Shown: positions 27,152-40,616, counted from the whole stretch's first letter. The stretch is DNA of 63,576 bases, filler included, from Octopus bimaculoides (GCF_001194135.2; 5 parts of 5 records of this genome joined end to end with filler, not necessarily neighbours in it), one strand, 5' to 3'. Notes: generated by a model not told the origin, from the sequence alone. Translations and numbers: made by a program.

Positions 27152-27198
27152 AACACTATTCAATTTTTTTTCTCCGTGTTTTTCTCCTTGTCTCCGTA

Positions 27199-27236
27199 TT
27201 CTTTCTGTTGAAGAGCGTAGCTCGAAACGTCAAAGA
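27199..27236 (+). ncRNA. Minimal type I hammerhead ribozyme motif (A6U variant) in a Penelope pLTR-type repeat
   Basis: TCTTT-CTGTTGA-A-GAGC gta GCTC-GAAAC-GTC-AAAGA: 5-bp stem I, 4-bp stem II, loopless palindromic ACGT stem III. Confidence 0.7.
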
Positions 27237-28501
27237 CTTTCCGTATTCCCGAGCGTCATACTAATATATACTTTTGTTATTTACACCACCTGTCCTCGTC
27301 TGTTGTTATTATTTGTATATTCTCCCATATATATATATATATATATATACAGTGGGATTGAAAGCAGAACCATGTGGTTGGGACGCAAGCTTCATTCCTC
27401 ACAGCCGCGCCTGCGCCTCTATGTATGTATGTATGTATGTATGTATGTATGTATGTATGTATGTATGTATCTACCTACACGCCCGGTAGCACTGGTTGTT
27501 TTTGCAGTAGTGCCTTCATACAACCGATTGACGATTGGTGGCACTGGTGTCGAGTATTCATTGTAAATCGGATAACTTCATAACCGTGGTATGTCGGGAA
27601 ACTACGAGTACTATATGTTCCATATTTGCAATATATATATATATATATANNNNNNNNNNNNNNNNNNNNNNNNNNNNNNNNNNNNNNNNNNNNNNNNNNN
27701 NNNNNNNNNNNNNNNNNNNNNNNNNNNNNNNNNNNNNNNNNNNNNNNNNNNNNNNNNNNNNNNNNNNNNNNNNNNNNNNNNNNNNNNNNNNNNNNNNNNN
27801 NNNNNNNNNNNNNNNNNNNNNNNNNNNNNNNNNNNNNNNNNNNNNNNNNNNNNNNNNNNNNNNNNNNNNNNNNNNNNNNNNNNNNNNNNNNNNNNNNNNN
27901 NNNNNNNNNNNNNNNNNNNNNNNNNNNNNNNNNNNNNNNNNNNNNNNNNNNNNNNNNNNNNNNNNNNNNNNNNNNNNNNNNNNNNNNNNNNNNNNNNNNN
28001 NNNNNNNNNNNNNNNNNNNNNNNNNNNNNNNNNNNNNNNNNNNNNNNNNNNNNNNNNNNNNNNNNNNNNNNNNNNNNNNNNNNNNNNNNNNNNNNNNNNN
28101 NNNNNNNNNNNNNNNNNNNNNNNNNNNNNNNNNNNNNNNNNNNNNNNNNNNNNNNNNNNNNNNNNNNNNNNNNNNNNNNNNNNNNNNNNNNNNNNNNNNN
28201 NNNNNNNNNNNNNNNNNNNNNNNNNNNNNNNNNNNNNNNNNNNNNNNNNNNNNNNNNNNNNNNNNNNNNNNNNNNNNNNNNNNNNNNNNNNNNNNNNNNN
28301 NNNNNNNNNNNNNNNNNNNNNNNNNNNNNNNNNNNNNNNNNNNNNNNNNNNNNNNNNNNNNNNNNNNNNNNNNNNNNNNNNNNNNNNNNNNNNNNNNNNN
28401 NNNNNNNNNNNNNNNNNNNNNNNNNNNNNNNNNNNNNNNNNNNNNNNNNNNNNNNNNNNNNNNNNNNGTCTTACCACACAACCATGGCTGCACCTATACA
28501 T

Positions 28502-28566
<65 letters not shown>

Positions 28567-29072
28567 TGTATTTATATATATATAAGCGATATTTTTAATC
28601 ATATATATATATGTATATATGTATATATATATATATATATCTTTATATGCATATGTATGTACATAGTATATAATATATAATATATGTATATATACAAACA
28701 TTTACTACTATTCAGCATAAACTGTGTATAAATCTATCTTCTTTCAATCTTTAAATCGATATAGACCCACATAAATACATAACGCAATTATATATACATA
28801 TATACATATATACATAGTTACAAACACACACATAAACAGACACACAGCCACACGCGTACAGACAGTCACACACTCACATACACAGACAGACAGACACACA
28901 CACACGCGCAGGCACACACACACACACACACACACATTGTATATATAAATAATGACAAGATAATTTATTAATTAACTGCTTTCATTGTTGGCGAAAATGT
29001 GAAAAATTATTTTTGAAAATATCAAAAAAGTAGGCGAGAAACAGAGGAAGAGAAAGAGAGAGCGAGAGAATG

Positions 29073-29129
<57 letters not shown>

Positions 29130-30282
29130 NNNNNNNNNNNNNNNNNNNNNNNNNNNNNNNNNNNNNNNNNNNNNNNNNNNNNNNNNNNNNNNNNNNNNNN
29201 NNNNNNNNNNNNNNNNNNNNNNNNNNNNNNNNNNNNNNNNNNNNNNNNNNNNNNNNNNNNNNNNNNNNNNNNNNNNNNNNNNNNNNNNNNNNNNNNNNNN
29301 NNNNNNNNNNNNNNNNNNNNNNNNNNNNNNNNNNNNNNNNNNNNNNNNNNNNNNNNNNNNNNNNNNNNNNNNNNNNNNNNNNNNNNNNNNNNNNNNNNNN
29401 NNNNNNNNNNNNNNNNNNNNNNNNNNNNNNNNNNNNNNNNNNNNNNNNNNNNNNNNNNNNNNNNNNNNNNNNNNNNNNNNNNNNNNNNNNNNNNNNNNNN
29501 NNNNNNNNNNNNNNNNNNNNNNNNNNNNNNNNNNNNNNNNNNNNNNNNNNNNNNNNNNNNNNNNNNNNNNNNNNNNNNNNNNNNNNNNNNNNNNNNNNNN
29601 NNNNNNNNNNNNNNNNNNNNNNNNNNNNNNNNNNNNNNNNNNNNNNNNNNNNNNNNNNNNNNNNNNNNNNNNNNNNNNNNNNNNNNNNNNNNNNNNNNNN
29701 NNNNNNNNNNNNNNNNNNNNNNNNNNNNNNNNNNNNNNNNNNNNNNNNNNNNNNNNNNNNNNNNNNNNNNNNNNNNNNNNNNNNNNNNNNNNNNNNNNNN
29801 NNNNNNNNNNNNNNNNNNNNNNNNNNNNNNNNATATTTCAAACATAATCATATTTGTGTTTGCTAAATATAATTTAGTTAGGAATCTGTGATTATAGTAG
29901 ATACACACACACACACACACACACAGACACACACACACACACAAACACACACACACGCACACGCACACCACACACACACACACACACAAACGCACACGCA
30001 CACACTCTGACGCACACACACACTCACGCTCGTACACACACATATACGTACCTATATGGAAACGTATGTACATATATATATTTATATACACACGTGAACT
30101 TAAAATAACGCAATCATTTGTACACACTGACAACACACACACGCCCACACACACACACACACACGCGCGCATACACGCGCACACACATATGTGTGTGTGT
30201 GTATATATATATAACAACTAAACGCATCGATGTACATGTAAACACTCGAAAATTATATGTATGTATGTTTGCATCTATTTAT

Positions 30283-30328
<46 letters not shown>

Positions 30329-31368
30329 ATATATATATTAGAAATGCGTATTACTATACAACACTCACACATATATACATAATCATATATATGTGTACGT
30401 ATGTATATCTATACACACATAACTACACATGAATACAAAATTATGTATATATTTGTTGTATATATATATGTTTATGTATTTACACACACATACATACATG
30501 TATATATGTATTTATGCATATAAGTGTGTATGTATATACGAATATATAAACATGTATATGAATACATATAAATATATATTTATATATATATATATNNNNN
30601 NNNNNNNNNNNNNNNNNNNNNNNNNNNNNNNNNNNNNNNNNNNNNNNNNNNNNNNNNNNNNNNNNNNNNNNNNNNNNNNNNNNNNNNNNNNNNNNNNNNN
30701 NNNNNNNNNNNNNNNNNNNNNNNNNNNNNNNNNNNNNNNNNNNNNNNNNNNNNNNNNNNNNNNNNNNNNNNNNNNNNNNNNNNNNNNNNNNNNNNNNNNN
30801 NNNNNNNNNNNNNNNNNNNNNNNNNNNNNNNNNNNNNNNNNNNNNNNNNNNNNNNNNNNNNNNNNNNNNNNNNNNNNNNNNNNNNNNNNNNNNNNNNNNN
30901 NNNNNNNNNNNNNNNNNNNNNNNNNNNNNNNNNNNNNNNNNNNNNNNNNNNNNNNNNNNNNNNNNNNNNNNNNNNNNNNNNNNNNNNNNNNNNNNNNNNN
31001 NNNNNNNNNNNNNNNNNNNNNNNNNNNNNNNNNNNNNNNNNNNNNNNNNNNNNNNNNNNNNNNNNNNNNNNNNNNNNNNNNNNNNNNNNNNNNNNNNNNN
31101 NNNNNNNNNNNNNNNNNNNNNNNNNNNNNNNNNNNNNNNNNNNNNNNNNNNNNNNNNNNNNNNNNNNNNNNNNNNNNNNNNNNNNNNNNNNNNNNNNNNN
31201 NNNNNNNNNNNNNNNNNNNNNNNNNNNNNNNNNNNNNNNNNNNNNNNNNNNNNNNNNNNNNNNNNNNNNNNNNNNNNNNNNNNNNNNNAGGGGTTTCTAA
31301 GTTCCGTTTCCTTTATACGATGTTTTTAGCGGAAAACATGATTTCATACCAAAACATAACACCGACAC

Positions 31369-31399
<31 letters not shown>

Positions 31400-31431
31400 C
31401 AGACAGTCAGACAGACAGACAGACACATTCT

Positions 31432-31745
31432 GAAGGTGCATGGTTCAGTGGTTAGAGCGTAGGCATTTCAATTATGAAGCTATGAGTTCGATTCCCGGAC
31501 CGGGCTGTGTGTTGCGTTCTTGAGCAAGACACTTGATTTCACGTTGCTCCAGTTCACTCCACTGAGCCAAGCTGTATCGGCCCCTTTGCCTTCCGTTTGG
31601 CTAACATCGGTGGCGCGGAGAAGAGAGACTGGCACGTATTGGACGACTGCTGATCTTCCATAAAAATCCTTGCCCGGATTTGTGCGTTGGAAGTTAACTT
31701 TCTAGGTGTAATCCCATGGTAATTCGTGACTGAAGGAGATTCTTA
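31432..31745 (+). mobile_element. tRNA-headed SINE with a different 3' half
   Basis: TGGTTCAGTGG A box, GAGTTCGATTCC B box and cttgagcaagacact body, followed by a distinct tail. Confidence 0.7.
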
Positions 31746-31771
31746 CCCTTTATCTTCAACAAGAATATTAT

Positions 31772-31820
31772 TAACAGTGACTTAGAAGTTTTGGTCAGCT
31801 ATGCCATCATCAGACTGCTA
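31772..31820 (-). ncRNA. Degenerate type I hammerhead ribozyme
   Basis: Minus strand: TAGCAGT-CTGATGA-T-GG(-)CA tagc TGACC-AAAAC-ttctaa-GTC-ACTGTTA. 7-bp stem I and GUC site; G12 is changed to A at a CpG and stem II has a probable 1-nt deletion. Confidence 0.72.
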
Positions 31821-33130
31821 TGCATCGAAGTTAATCTTGCTTTTATATAGTCTTTGTGGATATGTAGGTTTGAATGGAATGGTAATTAGGTTGTTAGGCG
31901 GGTTGTAGGAGTGAAGTGTTTTGGAGAAATTTTTATTGATTAAATTTAGGTGTTATTGCGTAGAGAGTGAACGCGCGTGGCTTAGTGGTTAGGGCATTCG
32001 ACTCCCGATCGTAAGGTCGTGAGTTCAATTCCCGGCGATGCTTTGTGTCCTCGAGCAAGACACTTTATTTCCCGTTGCTCCAGTCCGCTCAGCTGGCAAA
32101 AATGAATAGTACTTGTATTTCAAAGGGCCAGCTTTGTCACGCTATGTGTCACGCTGAATATCCCCCGAGAACTACGTTAAGGGTACACGTGNNNNNNNNN
32201 NNNNNNNNNNNNNNNNNNNNNNNNNNNNNNNNNNNNNNNNNNNNNNNNNNNNNNNNNNNNNNNNNNNNNNNNNNNNNNNNNNNNNNNNNNNNNNNNNNNN
32301 NNNNNNNNNNNNNNNNNNNNNNNNNNNNNNNNNNNNNNNNNNNNNNNNNNNNNNNNNNNNNNNNNNNNNNNNNNNNNNNNNNNNNNNNNNNNNNNNNNNN
32401 NNNNNNNTACACGTGTCTGTGGAGTGCTCAGCCACTTGCACGTTAATTTCACGAGCAGGCTGTTCCGTTGATCGGATCAACTGGAACCCTCGACGTCGTA
32501 ACCGACGGAGTGCTCCTTTTTTTTTTATTGCGTAAAATTTATTTGTGCATATAGTACTTTGTAAGCAGGTGTGAATATTTAGGTGTGTCCCCTTCTGAAA
32601 AAGGATGTGGGTGGGTCTAGGATGTGGCAGTAGTTTTAGTTATTTCGGTTTTATTAGAGTTAATACTTTGCTTTGAAAATGCAAAAATCAAAGGTTCAAA
32701 GTTCAACCCAGTATTTAAAAACTTGGTCATTGAGTGTCAGCTCTTTAGTAATGGGATTTTTAAGAGTTCACAAAAGAATATAAGTTGGTGGTAATGTTTA
32801 GCTGGTCAGTTTCTTTACTTGCTGTTGTTATTTGCGGTATTTCCTGTTTGTATTTGGAAGGTGAGGGTTATTAGGCTGACATGTCATGATGTTGTTAGTA
32901 TAGAAATTTGTTTATCGTGTGCTTTGATGTTCACAAGAGGATATTGGTAAGTGTAAAGCTTGTTGGTCAGTATATTTCTCTCTAGGGGGTTCATTGTTCT
33001 ATCAGCAATTTGATTATAAGCAATTTGTTTTATAGAGGAACAATTTCGTGGAGTATATGTTTATAAATGTTTCTTCAATTCTTTTTCAGAAGTGGGTATT
33101 TTATAATATATTATTTTAGGTCTATGTATA
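31821..33130 (-). mobile_element. Probable old Penelope-like element body, interrupted by a SINE
   Basis: C/A-rich minus strand with broken reading frames ending at the hammerhead motif; protein motifs are too decayed to be certain. Confidence 0.4.
31963..32524 (+). mobile_element. tRNA-SINE insertion with a 10-bp target site duplication
   Basis: TTATTGCGTA at 31953-31962 and 32525-32534 flanks a SINE ending in a T-run; the internal N gap has tacacgtg on both sides. Confidence 0.85.
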
Positions 33131-33369
33131 TATCGAAAGTGGAGCATTATTTTACAAGCCGCTGCTCGAAAACCATGCCGACAGGAAGTGTGGAGGGAGA
33201 GGGAGCAAGGGTCAGTCAAAGACGATTGTTGACCAAAGACATCAAAGAATTGACCGGAAATAAGAGTCTAGCTGATTGCATGCTTGTAGCACAGCGCAGA
33301 AGGAACTGGAAGGTTTTGCCAAGCTGATCCCCAGACATAGGGAGGGCACCTGGCTGCTGCTACTACTGG

Positions 33370-33404
<35 letters not shown>

Positions 33405-35016
33405 GTCTGCTTGTCTGTCTGTCTGTCTGTCTGTTTTTACTCTTTTACTTGTTTCAGTCATTTGACTGCGGCCATGCTGGAGCACCTCCTTTAGTCTAGC
33501 AGATATTGTTACACGTCGCTGGTCACAATGCAGTTTGTATTGTTTTAGCCTTCGAATGACGCCACCTCGGCTGGCTAGGCGAGCAGGCCAGCATCCTACC
33601 CGATCGACAGGGGTGTGGGGGGTGGAGTGGGGGAATTGGAGTAACATGANNNNNNNNNNNNNNNNNNNNNNNNNNNNNNNNNNNNNNNNNNNNNNNNNNN
33701 NNNNNNNNNNNNNNNNNNNNNNNNNNNNNNNNNNNNNNNNNNNNNNNNNNNNNNNNNNNNNNNNNNNNNNNNNNNNNNNNNNNNNNNNNNNNNNNNNNNN
33801 NNNNNNNNNNNNNNNNNNNNNNNNNNNNNNNNNNNNNNNNNNNNNNNNNNNNNNNNNNNNNNNNNNNNNNNNNNNNNNNNNNNNNNNNNNNNNNNNNNNN
33901 NNNNNNNNNNNNNNNNNNNNNNNNNNNNNNNNNNNNNNNNNNNNNNNNNNNNNNNNNNNNNNNNNNNNNNNNNNNNNNNNNNNNNNNNNNNNNNNNNNNN
34001 NNNNNNNNNNNNNNNNNNNNNNNNNNNNNNNNNNNNNNNNNNNNNNNNNNNNNNNNNNNNNNNNNNNNNNNNNNNNNNNNNNNNNNNNNNNNNNNNNNNN
34101 NNNNNNNNNNNNNNNNNNNNNNNNNNNNNNNNNNNNNNNNNNNNNNNNNNNNNNNNNNNNNNNNNNNNNNNNNNNNNNNNNNNNNNNNNNNNNNNNNNNN
34201 NNNNNNNNNNNNNNNNNNNNNNNNNNNNNNNNNNNNNNNNNNNNNNNNNNNNNNNNNNNNNNNNNNNNNNNNNNNNNNNNNNNNNNNNNNNNNNNNNNNN
34301 NNNNNNNNNNNNNNNNNNNNNNNNNNNNNNNNNNNNNNNNNNNNNNNNNNNNNNNNNNNNNNNNNNNNNNNNNNNNNNNNNNNNNNNNNNNNNNNNNNNN
34401 NNNNNNNNNNNNNNNNNNNNNNNNNNNNNNNNNNNNNNNNNNNNNNNNNNNNNNNNNNNNNNNNNNNNNNNNNNNNNNNNNNNNNNATATGTGTGTGTGT
34501 GTGTGTGTATAATGTGAACGGCGTTAGTGTGCCCGTGAATGCGCGCGTGAACGGGATATGCGTATGTATGTATGCGTGTATTTGGCTGTGCGCTTTATGC
34601 AACGGTTTCACAAAGAGATACGAAAATGAAAGCAAGAATTGCGAGGTACCTTGTGCTGAAGAATGGGACAGTAAAACGGTAGGAATATGCAAACTCATAT
34701 ACGTACGTTGGATAGGAAACAGCAGAGTGCATATCTCATTTGCTTTGTTACTTTAATTAATTAATTAATTACATTTGTTTACCTGTCAATACGTGTAAAT
34801 ATTTATGACTTTCTGATTACTCTTTCTCTGTCTGTCTGTCTGTCTGTTTGTCTCTCTCACTCACACAGAAGCAACAGATAACACATATTAAATAAATATA
34901 ATATAATATAAGATAATATGGTGTAATATCGAATAATATAAGCAATAATAATAATGTAATAACATGTAATACAAATAGAGTTTTATGGCTAGGGCTATGC
35001 CTATATGTATACCTGC

Positions 35017-35050
<34 letters not shown>

Positions 35051-35567
35051 GTTTATATGTATGCATGTATATACATATATGTACATATATATGCATATAT
35101 ATATATATANNNNNNNNNNNNNNNNNNNNNNNNNNNNNNNNNNNNNNNNNNNNNNNNNNNNNNNNNNNNNNNNNNNNNNNNNNNNNNNNNNNNNNNNNNN
35201 NNNNNNNNNNNNNNNNNNNNNNNNNNNNNNNNNNNNNNNNNNNNNNNNNNNNNNNNNNNNNNNNNNNNNNNNNNNNNNNNNNNNNNNNNNNNNNNNNNNN
35301 NNNNNNNNNNNNNNNNNNNNNNNNNNNNNNNNNNNNNNNNNNNNNNNNNNNNNNNNNNNNNNNNNNNNNNNNNNNNNNNNNNNNNNNNNNNNNNNNNNNN
35401 NNNNNNNNNNNNNNNNNNNNNNNNNNNNNNNNNNNNNNNNNNNNNNNNNNNNNNNNNNNNNNNNNNNNNNNNNNNNNNNNNNNNNNNNNNNNNNNNNNNN
35501 NNNNNNNNNNNNNNNNNNNNNNNNNNNNNNNNNNNNNNNNNNNNNNNNNNNNNNNNNNNNNTATATA

Positions 35568-36682
35568 TCAGGCTGTGTAAAAAGTAAGCAACGTTTTGAA
35601 ACATGAAATTCATCACAATATATTTCAACAATGCAGAAATTATATTTTCATCAAAGTACCATTACACTCGATACATTTTTGCCAACGAGTTACAAGTTTG
35701 TTTATTCTGGTAACATAAAAATCTGGAGTTTTGGAGCTGATGAACTCTTTGAATGCACTTTCAGCATCGGTTTGAGTTTTGAACTCCTTCTCTTGCAGGA
35801 AACCATCAATGTGCTTGAAATGGTGGTAGTCGGTAGGAAAAAGGTCTGGGGAATAAGCTGAGTGGGGAAGAACTTCGTAGCCAAGATCGCTCAACTTCTG
35901 GAGCGTCATTAAGGAAACGTGTGGTCAAGCATTGTCATGAAGAATGATTGGCCCTTTTCTGTTGCCCAGTCTAGGACGGAGGAGTAGGAATTTTTCGTTC
36001 ATTTAGGCAATATGTTTCTATAGTACAGAATCCACTTTTCATCGCAAGTTACAATACGATCGGAGAAATGGATCGGTCTTGTTACAGAGAAGAAGCGACG
36101 AGCAAATTTCATATCGGCGCATTTTCTGATTTTCATTCAAATCGTGTGGTACCCATTTATCGAGCTTTTTAAATTTTCCGATCACATGCAAATGTTTGCA
36201 GGCAGTTTTCTCGCTAACTTGAAGTTCTTTTGCCAGTTCTCGACTGGTTTTAAGTGGATCTTTCTCAAAGACGGTCTTTAATTGACCGTAATCGATGACA
36301 GATGGGTGTCCAGTACGCTCACAATCTTCAAGGCTCAAGTCTCCACTGCGAAATCGTTTAAACCATTTTCGAGTTGACCACTCACTGGTCATTTCCTCAA
36401 CAAACGTTTCGTTGATATCGCGAGCAATTTCAGTTGCTTTACGTCCTTTTTTGAAGTTGAATAGCAAAATTGCTCGAATATCGCGCTTTGACAGTCCCAT
36501 TTCAGATGATTGTAACAACGGGGAAGAAAACACCGATGTTAATTTATTGATCCATTTGGGCAAGTCTATGTCTGTATTATCAGGCAATTGCAAAAAAAAA
36601 TGTTAAAAAAATCCAGACCTCTGCAAAGATCCGGTACAAATTCTCCACAGTTCAAAACGTTGCTTACTTTTTACTCAACCTG

Positions 36683-36683
<1 letters not shown>
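35568..36683 (-). mobile_element. Mariner (DD34D) transposon, internally deleted
   Basis: 33-bp TIRs TCAGG(C/T)TG(T/A)GTAAAAAGTAAGCAACGTTTTGAA with TA flanks; KWVPHDL, IVTCDEKW, HDNARPH and YSPDLFPTDY motifs; part of the DDD domain is deleted. Confidence 0.93.
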
Positions 36684-36713
<30 letters not shown>

Positions 36714-37106
36714 TGTATGTATGTACGCATGTATGTATGTATGTATGTATATGCATGCATAAATATAGTTTACCTTATGAGAATGTAGAAACTTCTAGAG
36801 GCGTGAAATAACTCGTTTTTAACTGTGTTGCTCGGAGTCGATAAGGGTATAAATAATAGAACGCCTGACATGTTCACAGAAGATGTAGGTTCGACTCCAA
36901 AGGGCATCGACTTCGACGCTTTCAATCCAAGCGCCCCTTAACCCAATATTTATACCGTATGACTCGTAGCTTTGTCTACTTCGATGTATTTATATGTACA
37001 GTAACAACAAATCATACCTCTTACACATATGCAGGCGTATAGACAGATAGACAAACGTGTACACACACACACATACACACACATACACATATATTTACAT
37101 GTATTT

Positions 37107-37350
37107 AATATAAGAACACAAACGGGTTAAAAGTTCACTGTAGCTGTTTCGGACACATTTGGTTTTATTGTGGAATAATTGGATTACATCATGAAAAACA
37201 CCTTTATCTTCAGATGAATTATAAATTTAATGTTTGGTTCTTCTCCCGAATAAAATGTTTCTTTTTAACGCTGCAATCGAATTGTTCATCAATAAAAAAC
37301 GTGTCTGAAACAGCTGTAGTAAGCTTTTAAGCCATTTGTGTTCTTATTTT
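37107..37350. repeat. Imperfect inverted repeat of about 110-bp arms, each carrying a hammerhead-like motif
   Basis: ataagaacacaaacgggttaaaagttcactgtagctgtttcggacac versus gtgtctgaaacagctgtagtaagcttttaagccatttgtgttcttat; similarity continues inward. Confidence 0.65.
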
Positions 37351-37564
37351 GTGTAAACACTATATCTATTCGTATGTATATTATTGTAGGTGCATGTACA
37401 TATATGTGTAAGTGTATGAATATGTCCGTATATGCATGAGTATATAACGATATATTTATATTTGGTATATACACAAATCTTCACTTGGTGTCCTTACAAT
37501 TAAAATACCTTGATTGAAATGAACCCAAGAAATAATTTATATATATATGTATATATATATGAAT

Positions 37565-37596
<32 letters not shown>

Positions 37597-38335
37597 CGTG
37601 TGAGTGGGTGTATATATATATGTATATATATGTGTATATATGTATATATTTATATATATATAACAAGAGGTATAGGAGTGAATAAATCCAGGCAGATGCC
37701 TAGAAAACACTCAGTGGTTAAACGAGCTTGTTTAACTGTATCCACCAATCAGACACCAATAGATATAATTGGAATAAAACATCCAAGGTAATTCCTCAAG
37801 TATGACAAATGGATCCAAATATCGCTTAGAAGAATTTCAAGAAATCCGGAATAATTGACAACACGAACAAGAAGTGAGAAAATCACATCTTTAATTGATG
37901 ATTATTTTACAAATTATATATATATATGAATGTATATATGGAATCACCTGCATACACGCATAAATATCAATGCTATTTTGAAGAGACATACTACTGGTTC
38001 TAAACATTTGTACCAATATACACTTACTAGAGGTAAAAAAAACAGAAGCACCAATTTAAATCTCAAAAACATTCGCATAATATATATATATTCTTTTCTG
38101 CTATCGGCACACGGCCCGAAATTTTTGGGGGGGAGGCCAGTCGATTAGACTGGTGCGCAACTGGTACTTAATTTATATATACATATATATATATAAATAT
38201 ATATATATATGTATATATATATATATTTGTATATANNNNNNNNNNNNNNNNNNNNNNNNNNNNNNNNNNNNNNNNNNNNTTAATTAATTAANNNNNNNNN
38301 NNNNNNNNNNNNNNNNNNNNNNNNNNNNNNNNNNN

Positions 38336-38372
<37 letters not shown>

Positions 38373-38799
38373 CGTGTATCATTTTCTTGCTTTAGATAGG
38401 TGCACTATGAACATGTTTAGGTGGAAAGACTTTTGGAAAGATGATGATTGATGGCTTAGCAACCGTCGTCATCAGCTTATGCATTATTCTTTATAATAAT
38501 TGCAAATGTCGCCATGAGGGCATTGTTGCTCTCAATGGGTGTATATACATGATGTATATGTATGTCCGTGTGTGTTCCTATTAGTATACATATGTGCGGA
38601 TATATATATATATATATATATATTAACTATATATGTATTATATACAAAAGCATACAAACATATATTCATGTATATTGTGTGCTTGTATATAGATATATAT
38701 ATATATGTGTGTGTGTGTGTGTTTGTGCGTACGTGTCTCTATCTGTTGGCTTGAATGTTTGTGTGTATTTATACGCTTACGTATATATGTAAGTATAAA

Positions 38800-38839
<40 letters not shown>

Positions 38840-38879
38840 ATATATGCGTGTATATATATATATATGTGTGTGTGTGTAT

Positions 38880-39065
38880 ACTCTTTTACTTGTTTCAGTC
38901 ATTTGTCTGTGGCCATGCTGGAGCACTGCCTTTATAGTCGAGCAAATAGACCACAGAGCTTATACTTTGTAAGCCTACTACTTATTATATCGGACTCTTT
39001 TCCGAACCGCTAGGTTACGGGGACGCAAACACACCAGCATCGGTTGTCAAGCAATACTGGGGGGG
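38880..39065 (+). mobile_element. Short interspersed repeat family (cttttacttgtttcagtcatt...gaaccgctaagttacgggg)
   Basis: Copies at 3050-3250, 22285-22460, 33440-33500 and 40370-40540. Confidence 0.75.
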
Positions 39066-39809
39066 GGGGGGCAAACAGTCACACAAACATATACACAGAT
39101 ACATTTATATAACTGTAAACAAACATTGTTTTGTAACCTGACGATATTCATCAAGATGTTTGCTCAACCACAATTCCTTCGTTTCAAGCTACACGTTTTA
39201 GACAACATAGTTTAAATCCTGAGCGCAAGTTTGATCTGTTCGTATACGTATTTAGCGACATGCTTATTATGTATGATGTACGTGATATATCTGCTCTGCA
39301 GTTTACTAAAAATGATTTCTTATAAATGCGTAAATTGTCGATGTATTATTGTAATTAATCTTCAGAAGCAAAATCTCAGTTCATGATCCACGCCATTGTT
39401 TGCCGACCACGCAATTCACGATACTGTAAATTGCTATTAACAAGGAATAGGGTTAACATTTCCCCTCTCCGAAAACCGGGTTTATGTTAAGTATGCTAAT
39501 CGCTAATTCAATGAAAATTCTGTAAATCCTATCAGAGTTAGCATAAGTGATAAGCAATTAATGGATATGTAATTATCTTCAGTAAATAACTTGCTTATTT
39601 GACATACAAGATATTTACAGAAAATTCATTGGACATCGACAAATGAGAATTTGCTGAAGTTACAGCGTTTTGTCAGAAACTAGGACAGGTTATTGAATAA
39701 AATGGATCAAACTGTGAAAATGAAAACGGTTTAATTACACGATGTAACCTCTTTCTTTTTGTCTTTGGTCAGTAAGTGTTATTTCCTATTTGTTTCTAAT
39801 TAGAAATCA

Positions 39810-40200
39810 AAGGAATTGACAACTATTCCCTTCCAACGTTGGTTTTGTGACCTGGACATCAATATTTTGAAACTCACCTATTTTCCATTACATTTCCAAC
39901 AGATTCAAGACTGAGTTGCTAAAGCAGAAATATCATTATAGCAAATATTCTGCTCAATACCACTGATTTGCTTGTCGGTTACTTTACCTTAAACCTTTGA
40001 ACATGTTCCTTAGTGACTAACAATGTGTGCATCACTGATCATGACAAGGAATAGTTGAGTAGCATCAGAGTCATGTGTTAAGACAGATTTTTTTGGTGGG
40101 TGGGGTGAATAAAGGTAATAAAAGCAAAGTCTGAAGGAGATATTAGCCGTTTTTCATACTTTCTAGGGGTCAGCAAATAGGAAATAACAGTTACTACCCA
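39810..40200. repeat. Unclassified dispersed repeat, copy 2
   Basis: Same orientation and colinear with 10420-10790. Confidence 0.75.
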
Positions 40201-40581
40201 AGGACAAGAAACTTCTTACACATTGTTATAGATTCGCAATTAATATACTTTTTTCTGTTTAGTGATATGAGAAGAATAATGTCTTTTGAAGATGTAAGTA
40301 AGAATATATGGGACTGAGTGGCTTTTTGTAGATGTCGTTTATAATATTAATTACATGGATCGGTCATTGCACTGCAGCCATGCTGGAGCACTGCTTTGAT
40401 GGTTTTAGTCGATCAAATCGATTCTGAGACATTTTTCCCTTTTTCTTTTTTAAGTCTCGTATATATTCCACCGGTCTCTTTTACCACACCTCTAATTTAC
40501 GCGGATGTAAACGAACCAACGCCGGCTGTCAAACGCTGTGAAACACAAGTACATACTCACATAGAAACACACACACGCATA

Positions 40582-40616
<35 letters not shown>

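Noticed and set aside
31432-32060. tRNA genes
   Set aside because: A/B boxes continue into SINE bodies and no full cloverleaf forms.
32184-32415. Apparent duplication of tacacgtg around a gap
   Set aside because: The SINE consensus has it once; this is an unmerged contig overlap.
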